Virus record (IMG/VR): IMGVR_UViG_3300036853_000446
Location: 186,001-250,000 of that record
DNA length: 64,000 nt
Reading direction: 5' to 3' (one strand)
Shown here: piece after piece, positions 58,987 through 64,000 of the stretch
Layout of the letters: each line of letters begins with the position of its first letter
Position numbering within the stretch: the stretch's first letter is position 1
Notes under the pieces: generated by a model
The model's input: only the letters and a program-made list of their open reading frames with translations
Told to the model about the DNA's origin: nothing
Databases searched by the model: none
Made by a program: the position numbers and the translations under genes

Positions 58987-59102
58987 GTTTACCTCTGCGT
59001 AGGGCGTCGATAAGAACAAAACCGTAAACGCTCGTCGGATGGTGCGTCAGACGAAGCAACAAGCGGCAACGGCGCACGCCCCTCCGGTGTAGAATCGTAG
59101 CC

Positions 59103-59399
59103 ATGGCAGATAAGCTTTGCTCGTGCACGGAGAAGGACCCGCCGACGGACGGCGCGATCGAGGAGTCTCACGCCGAGCGGCGCTTACGACTTCGGCCGCT
59201 CTTGTCGAGCCTCGAGAACCGAAAAGGCGGCAGCGCGTTCCTCGACCTCTGTGAGATGCTCCTCATGCTCTCCGACGATATCGACGGAAGCATCGAATGG
59301 GATCACCCGCGGGTCCTCGTAAAGATTCGGCAGATCGCGAACGCAAATCGCATCGCGAAGAAACGCGCCGCCGAGTGGAAGGGCAGGCGCACCGGATGA
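59103..59399 (+). CDS. Hypothetical protein
   Basis: CGGTGTA 11 nt upstream. Confidence 0.6.
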   Translation: MADKLCSCTEKDPPTDGAIEESHAERRLRLRPLLSSLENRKGGSAFLDLCEMLLMLSDDIDGSIEWDHPRVLVKIRQIANANRIAKKRAAEWKGRRTG

Positions 59400-59420
59400 G
59401 CTTTTCCATAAAACAACGTC

Positions 59421-59687
59421 TCATCGCGAGCCCTCGCCCGAGTTGCTCCCGAGGGTTTCGCGCAGGAGCCCGATCACTGCTTCGGCCTCCGAGCGCCGGA
59501 TCGTGATGGTCGGTGAGTCGCGTGAGGGCGGGCAAAACTCGCCGTTAGCTGCATTCAGCCAGAACACGCGGAAGGAGACGAACCGCCTGCCTTTGACTTC
59601 TATCAGCTGGATCTTGAGTTGCTCGGGTTTGCCGGAGCGAGATGCACGGGAAAACGAGATCTCACGAATCGTCCGAAAGTCCGCCAT
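59421..59687 (-). CDS. PC4/YdbC-like ssDNA-binding protein
   Basis: LKIQLIEVKGRRFVSFRVFW..ITIR. Confidence 0.65.
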   Translation of the reverse strand: MADFRTIREISFSRASRSGKPEQLKIQLIEVKGRRFVSFRVFWLNAANGEFCPPSRDSPTITIRRSEAEAVIGLLRETLGSNSGEGSR

Positions 59688-59853
59688 AGTAAATCGAGGG
59701 ATAGGTAAATGTTGATAATCATTGATGCTTATTCCCTCGTACGGTCAGGTTTGGCAATGTCCGAACGATGGTCAGTGGACAACTGAGCTTAGATCGGATC
59801 ACGGCCGCTCGTACACGGCCCTCGTACTTTTATAAACCAGGCGCGGCATCGAT

Positions 59854-60639
59854 TCAGACGAGCCGCTTCATCGCCTCGTATTTTTCGGGCGCGCGACGTT
59901 TCAGATCGGCGGGCTCCTCCACATAGGAGCGAAAGGTTTCGGCGAAATCTTCGATGTTCGGCCTAAACTCGGCGTAGTCGGAAATGAATGGCGGCTGTCC
60001 CCAGGGCGGTGCGAACAGGTCGACGTGGTGCTTCTCTTCGAGCGCATGTCCTAGCTCATGCGTGACAGTACTCACGAGAATAGAGACCGAGGGCGGCTTA
60101 CGGTCGTGCACCGATAGGCTCAGGACGCCGCCTAGGTCCCACGAGGCATCTTCGGTTCCCCGCGGTGGTTGCAAGTTGATCGTCCGGGCTTCCCCTTGGA
60201 AGATGGCCTTCGCAACCGGTTTGAGCTTCCCGAACGCTTTCTTCCACGCTTCGACGTACGCTCCCCCGTGTTCGAGCAATTCGAGGGACCCTCTGTACAC
60301 GACGTTCTTACCGGTTGCCGCCCGTAACGCGAGACAAGTCTCCTCGAACGATGCGGAGGGTTTCTTCCTCACCACACGCGCGGGTTTGACCGCATCGATC
60401 TTGTCCAAATCCTCGTCGAACACGCCGCGCGCTTGGAGCCAGGCCCGAAGCTCCGCCACTGGAAAGGGCAGCATACTCCCGATATCGAGTGCGCCACGCA
60501 GGCGCTTCAGCACAGAGAGACCGTTCGTGCTCCACTCCCGTACCTTCAATAACCGATCGACATATTCGATCGTGACCAGGGCGTCAGCGGCTCCTTCGAG
60601 GTATCGGGCAGCAACACGGAGGGCGAGGCGACGGTCCAC
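59854..60639 (-). CDS. Leader-bearing zincin metallopeptidase
   Basis: LALRVAARYLEGAA leader; THELGHALE and SDYAEFRPNIEDFAETF. Confidence 0.8.
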   Translation of the reverse strand: MDRRLALRVAARYLEGAADALVTIEYVDRLLKVREWSTNGLSVLKRLRGALDIGSMLPFPVAELRAWLQARGVFDEDLDKIDAVKPARVVRKKPSASFEETCLALRAATGKNVVYRGSLELLEHGGAYVEAWKKAFGKLKPVAKAIFQGEARTINLQPPRGTEDASWDLGGVLSLSVHDRKPPSVSILVSTVTHELGHALEEKHHVDLFAPPWGQPPFISDYAEFRPNIEDFAETFRSYVEEPADLKRRAPEKYEAMKRLV

Positions 60640-60949
60640 CTCCGACCGGAGCCCATGAATGAATTACCGTCGGGCAAGGCAGCAGCACCCCTGGTCGCCC
60701 CGTGGTGAGGCGTGGCCCTTCCCACGTCCCGAGCGACCTTCCACTAACCCGGGGCCCTCTCTAGCCCGTGCAGAGCCCGTCCTGTTGCAGACCGGCGGTC
60801 GTCCCTCGGATCAAACGTGCCGCGCCGCCCGTACTCTCGGTTGACTTTGAGCTTTCCTCAAGTCAGTTTAGGAGCGACAAGATGGCTCGCGTCATCCACT
60901 CCTGCTCCCCCAAAACCAATTCCCCTCGAACCGCGGTACACTCACCCAC

Positions 60950-61201
60950 ATGGCGCAATCCTCCAAAGCCTCGCTCCCGGTCGACCTTCTCGAGAAGGCT
61001 CTCGGTCTCTCTCCCGATGCGCGCTTGGCGCTGGCCACCGAGCTATTGGACAGCGTCGAAGGGTCCGACCCCGCTTGGGAGCAGGCTTGGAGTCGCGAAC
61101 TCGATCGCCGTGCCGCCGAGGCCGACGCTCATCCCGAGCAGGGAATTCCGTGGTCCGTGGCGCGCGCCCAACTCGAAGCCCTCGTCAGCCCGAAACCGTG
61201 A
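60950..61201 (+). CDS. Addiction-module antitoxin (TIGR02574-like); partner toxin truncated
   Basis: ALGLSPDARLALATELLDS..AWSRELDRR..IPWSV. Confidence 0.85.
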   Translation: MAQSSKASLPVDLLEKALGLSPDARLALATELLDSVEGSDPAWEQAWSRELDRRAAEADAHPEQGIPWSVARAQLEALVSPKP

Positions 61202-61271
61202 AGCCCATCGTTTGATGGCTTTGAGTAGGTCTCGGATAACGGGAACCTTCTTGTGCGTGGCCAATTTGAAG

Positions 61272-61697
61272 ATGGAGTACTCATACGACCGACGCATGCA
61301 CGCTGCAAACTCCGGCGACGACGCTGAAGACGACGCCGACAAGCTCACCGACTTGCAGGGGCTGATCGCGGACGCATTGACAGCGGCTCGAGCGACGGCG
61401 GATGAGCTGGACAAGAGCACAGATTCCGATGCTCTGGACGCACCGCTCAAGCTCGCGAAAGAGCTATGCAGTGACTTCAGCTCGGCGGAAACGTGCGAAA
61501 CAGTCGCCGACTATCTGGCCAATATTCGGGCTGCGAAAACCAATGTCGGGAAGCTCGAGGCTGCGCTGAAGTTGGCCAAGAAGAGCGCCAAACGAGAAGA
61601 CGACGCCGAAGCGCTCGAAGCGCTCGAGGATGCCAGCGACGAGCTGAAAACCGTAAAGCGCGAGCTGCATGACATCGAGGGCGAGATCGATGGCTAG
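61272..61697 (+). CDS. Leader-bearing acidic helical protein
   Basis: MEYSYDRRMHAA leader. Confidence 0.7.
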   Translation: MEYSYDRRMHAANSGDDAEDDADKLTDLQGLIADALTAARATADELDKSTDSDALDAPLKLAKELCSDFSSAETCETVADYLANIRAAKTNVGKLEAALKLAKKSAKREDDAEALEALEDASDELKTVKRELHDIEGEIDG

Positions 61698-61712
61698 CCT
61701 CCTGAAAGAACC

Positions 61713-61964
61713 ATGAAGATTCAGATCCGCGATCGGACGGGAGGGCGGCTAGTCGAGCCGATTGGCGCGCTCGGCGACACGGTTCTCCAGTGCACGCTCG
61801 AGGACGCCTCGAGGGTCGCGGGCAGCCTCTACGCCAGGGGCCTCGACGTCACGCTCGAACACGCGAGAGAAAGCGACAACGTGGACGCCGTGTTGTGGGT
61901 TGGCGATCCCCGGTACCCCAAGGCCGTAGCTAGAAGGTGGGTTAACTCATGGCCAAACCACTAG
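61713..61964 (+). CDS. Hypothetical protein
   Basis: 83 aa ORF. Confidence 0.55.
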   Translation: MKIQIRDRTGGRLVEPIGALGDTVLQCTLEDASRVAGSLYARGLDVTLEHARESDNVDAVLWVGDPRYPKAVARRWVNSWPNH

Positions 61965-62290
61965 ACCCAAAGGTCGCGATCCCAATACTGCAAGGCGTCA
62001 ATGCGACCCTCGAGGCGCTCTGCAACGAAAAGCACGGCGAGCTGACCGACGACATCCTAAAGCCTCTCGAGCAGGCGATCAGGGCCATTCGGGAGGCCAC
62101 CGCCGCCATCCTGCTTGCCACTCCCGACGAGTCACTCGCTGGGCTCATCTCGACGCTCGAAGCCCAGACGGTGCCCGGGGGAACCGTTCCCCCGTTCGCT
62201 CCCGCCACGCTCGGCCCTAACCAGGTTTTCATCTCTCGCTACCCGACCCCCGAAGACCTCATCGAAAAGCCGGAGAAGCGTCGACCCTGA
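61949..62290 (+). CDS. Hypothetical protein
   Basis: 113 aa ORF. Confidence 0.6.
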   Translation: MAKPLDPKVAIPILQGVNATLEALCNEKHGELTDDILKPLEQAIRAIREATAAILLATPDESLAGLISTLEAQTVPGGTVPPFAPATLGPNQVFISRYPTPEDLIEKPEKRRP

Positions 62291-62350
62291 ATCTCCTTGA
62301 CCCCGATCCGACAAAGCTTCGCCTCGGCTCGGGCGGTGTACCCGGTCGGG

Positions 62351-62665
62351 ATGCGCAAACCACTCACCTACCGCGACCTCCTCCGGCTGCTACGCGCCCA
62401 CGACTCTCGGTTCGACATCCGCCCCGGCAAGGGCAGCGAACGGGTTCTCTGCCTCCAGGGCCGCCCGGTCACCTGCTGCCTGCCGCACCACGGCGACGGG
62501 CACACGATTGGCGTCGGCCTGCTGACTCGCATCGAACGCGCCTTCAAACTGCCCCGGGGCTTCTTCGACCGGCGGGACAAGCGGAAGGCCGCGGTCGAGA
62601 TTCGGGGCGCAGACGTCGTAGGCGCCGGCCGTCCCTCCTCGGCCACCTGGGAATCCCCAGCCTAA
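62351..62665 (+). CDS. HicA-like mRNA interferase (orphan)
   Basis: LTYRDLLRLLRAH..GKGSERV..LPHHG..IGVGLLTRI; CGGTGTA 10 nt upstream. Confidence 0.7.
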   Translation: MRKPLTYRDLLRLLRAHDSRFDIRPGKGSERVLCLQGRPVTCCLPHHGDGHTIGVGLLTRIERAFKLPRGFFDRRDKRKAAVEIRGADVVGAGRPSSATWESPA

Positions 62666-63024
62666 TCCTAGTTTTCTCGCCGACTTCCTCGAACGGACCG
62701 ACCGACCGTGACATCGTCGGTCTCTCGCCGATTTGTCGACGTGCCGCCCACTCCTTTCTCGCGGTTCAAACCGCCGGGCTCGCCCGTACTTCCGGCAGAA
62801 TGTCACTCACCGAATCCAAGAAGGCTCTCGCCAGCTCCGACCCCGTCATTTTCGCGCGCAGGCCCGATTACTGGTTGAAGCCGGCGTTCCGCGGACTTCC
62901 GATCTAGGTCACTTTGGTCCGGGCTGGAGACGGCCGTCATGAGAACCCCTTGCCGATCCTAGGGGTTGGGGGCGAGTTTGAATTTTTAGGGAACGAAATC
63001 GGCGGCTGGCGTCGTCATGGTCTT

Positions 63025-64000
63025 ATGATGACGACGAGCATGCAGCGGCACGAAACCAAGGCCGAACGACTGAGTCCTCTGGCGCCTGACCACGAGCGCA
63101 ACGCCGAAAATTATCCGAGCTGTTCGAACATCTCCGCTGGTCTCATCGGCTGGCAATTCACTCTCGTCCCAGAACGGCCGTCAGGTCCACCCGAGTACGT
63201 CCACGTCCCCGTCACCAGACCCTTCTCGTGGGGAGATGAGGAAGCGCTCAAAGTTCACCTCTTCGCGACTCGCTGGAATGCCGCCTGGGAAGCGGGACAC
63301 CTGCGATCGCAGATGTTCAATGAGAGCGATGTCCCTCGAACCCTGAAGTGGCTCGGAGATTATGACGATGTGGACTTACGCCTGATCGTCGCCGGCCGGG
63401 ACAATCCGTACCTTGCTTACGAGCCCCTGTACCATCTCCTGACTCTCGACACGTTGCACCACTGCGGACTGCCGCCTCTCAGGCGTGGCATATGGCCGTC
63501 GCTCGGCCCGATTGGAAATGCCCGTATGGGCGGCTACCTTCCGAGCGATTTCTCCCACCGACTGCAATCTGGCTTCTCCCGGCAGCTCTGGCCTCATCTC
63601 GAACGCCGACATCGAGGCTCGTATTCACCTCACGAGCCACTGGTCATGCTCTCGAACTGCCTGGATTTTTGGCTACCATACCTCGATCGAGTCGCGCAGA
63701 CCAGGCTCGGCGAATTCGAACGAGTTGCCCACGACGAAGAGTCGCTGGAGGCGCTCGAACATATCCCGGCAAACGTGAGAAAAAAGATCCGGCGTCCTCT
63801 AAAGGGCGGTGACATTTGGCACGGTGAGTTGGACGCGCAAGACGCCATGACTGAGATGGTGGAAGCCGCAGACGAGCGCGGCCGTCTGCGTGGAATTGTG
63901 GACGCCATACGGTCGAACAGGGTCGAGGACGACTTTTCAGCGCGATGGTCGAAAGCCAAGGCAGACTTCGAGCGTCGCCTCTATCACAAGCGCACTCACG
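63025..64000 (+). CDS. Long ORF running off the window end (function unknown)
   Basis: 325 open codons from ATG 63025 (MMTTSMQRHE...FERRLYHKRTH); absent from the track because there is no stop. Confidence 0.75.
   Translation, partial: MMTTSMQRHETKAERLSPLAPDHERNAENYPSCSNISAGLIGWQFTLVPERPSGPPEYVHVPVTRPFSWGDEEALKVHLFATRWNAAWEAGHLRSQMFNESDVPRTLKWLGDYDDVDLRLIVAGRDNPYLAYEPLYHLLTLDTLHHCGLPPLRRGIWPSLGPIGNARMGGYLPSDFSHRLQSGFSRQLWPHLERRHRGSYSPHEPLVMLSNCLDFWLPYLDRVAQTRLGEFERVAHDEESLEALEHIPANVRKKIRRPLKGGDIWHGELDAQDAMTEMVEAADERGRLRGIVDAIRSNRVEDDFSARWSKAKADFERRLYHKRTH

Noticed and set aside
62761-62775. tRNA T-arm-like gcggttcaaaccgc
   Set aside because: No acceptor, D or anticodon arms around it; no canonical tRNA found in the window

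Overview
High-GC, gene-dense window of mostly short ORFs, with no rRNA, no recognisable tRNA, no CRISPR array, no integrase and no capsid/tail/terminase genes. The content (dCTP deaminase, GroES, IF-1, CsrA, RtcB, macrodomain, Nudix, PcfJ-like, DUF5662, Dam, MTase-helicase, degenerate HNH proteins, many toxin-antitoxin genes) reads best as the accessory region of a large (jumbo-type) phage or related element. A myxobacterial-type TolQ/AglR homolog suggests a Myxococcota host (inference). Three patterns cut across the window. (1) About 11 dispersed genes encode unrelated cargo domains (three zincin peptidases, an ADP-ribosyltransferase-like domain, a MuF-type toxin with its immunity gene, unknowns) behind one of three short shared N-terminal leaders (R-V-A-x-R-[YF], KIAS-P-x-[DE]-L-x-HEL, Y-[SD]-Y-D-R). 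Many of them follow a shared upstream DNA motif, and two leader-only stubs are present. This is a candidate virion-packaged, swappable effector system. (2) A GGTGTA motif sits 9-12 nt upstream of about 20 start codons, the geometry of a leaderless-mRNA regulon. (3) One copy of that motif points at a highly structured non-coding RNA candidate (18163-18313), and a repeat/GGA-rich/palindrome block lies at 46.4-47.4 kb. Two genes are broken by single-base lesions (rtcB frameshift, amber stop in the toxin). Family names come from my motif recognition, not from database searches. Starts were often trimmed relative to the ORF track.
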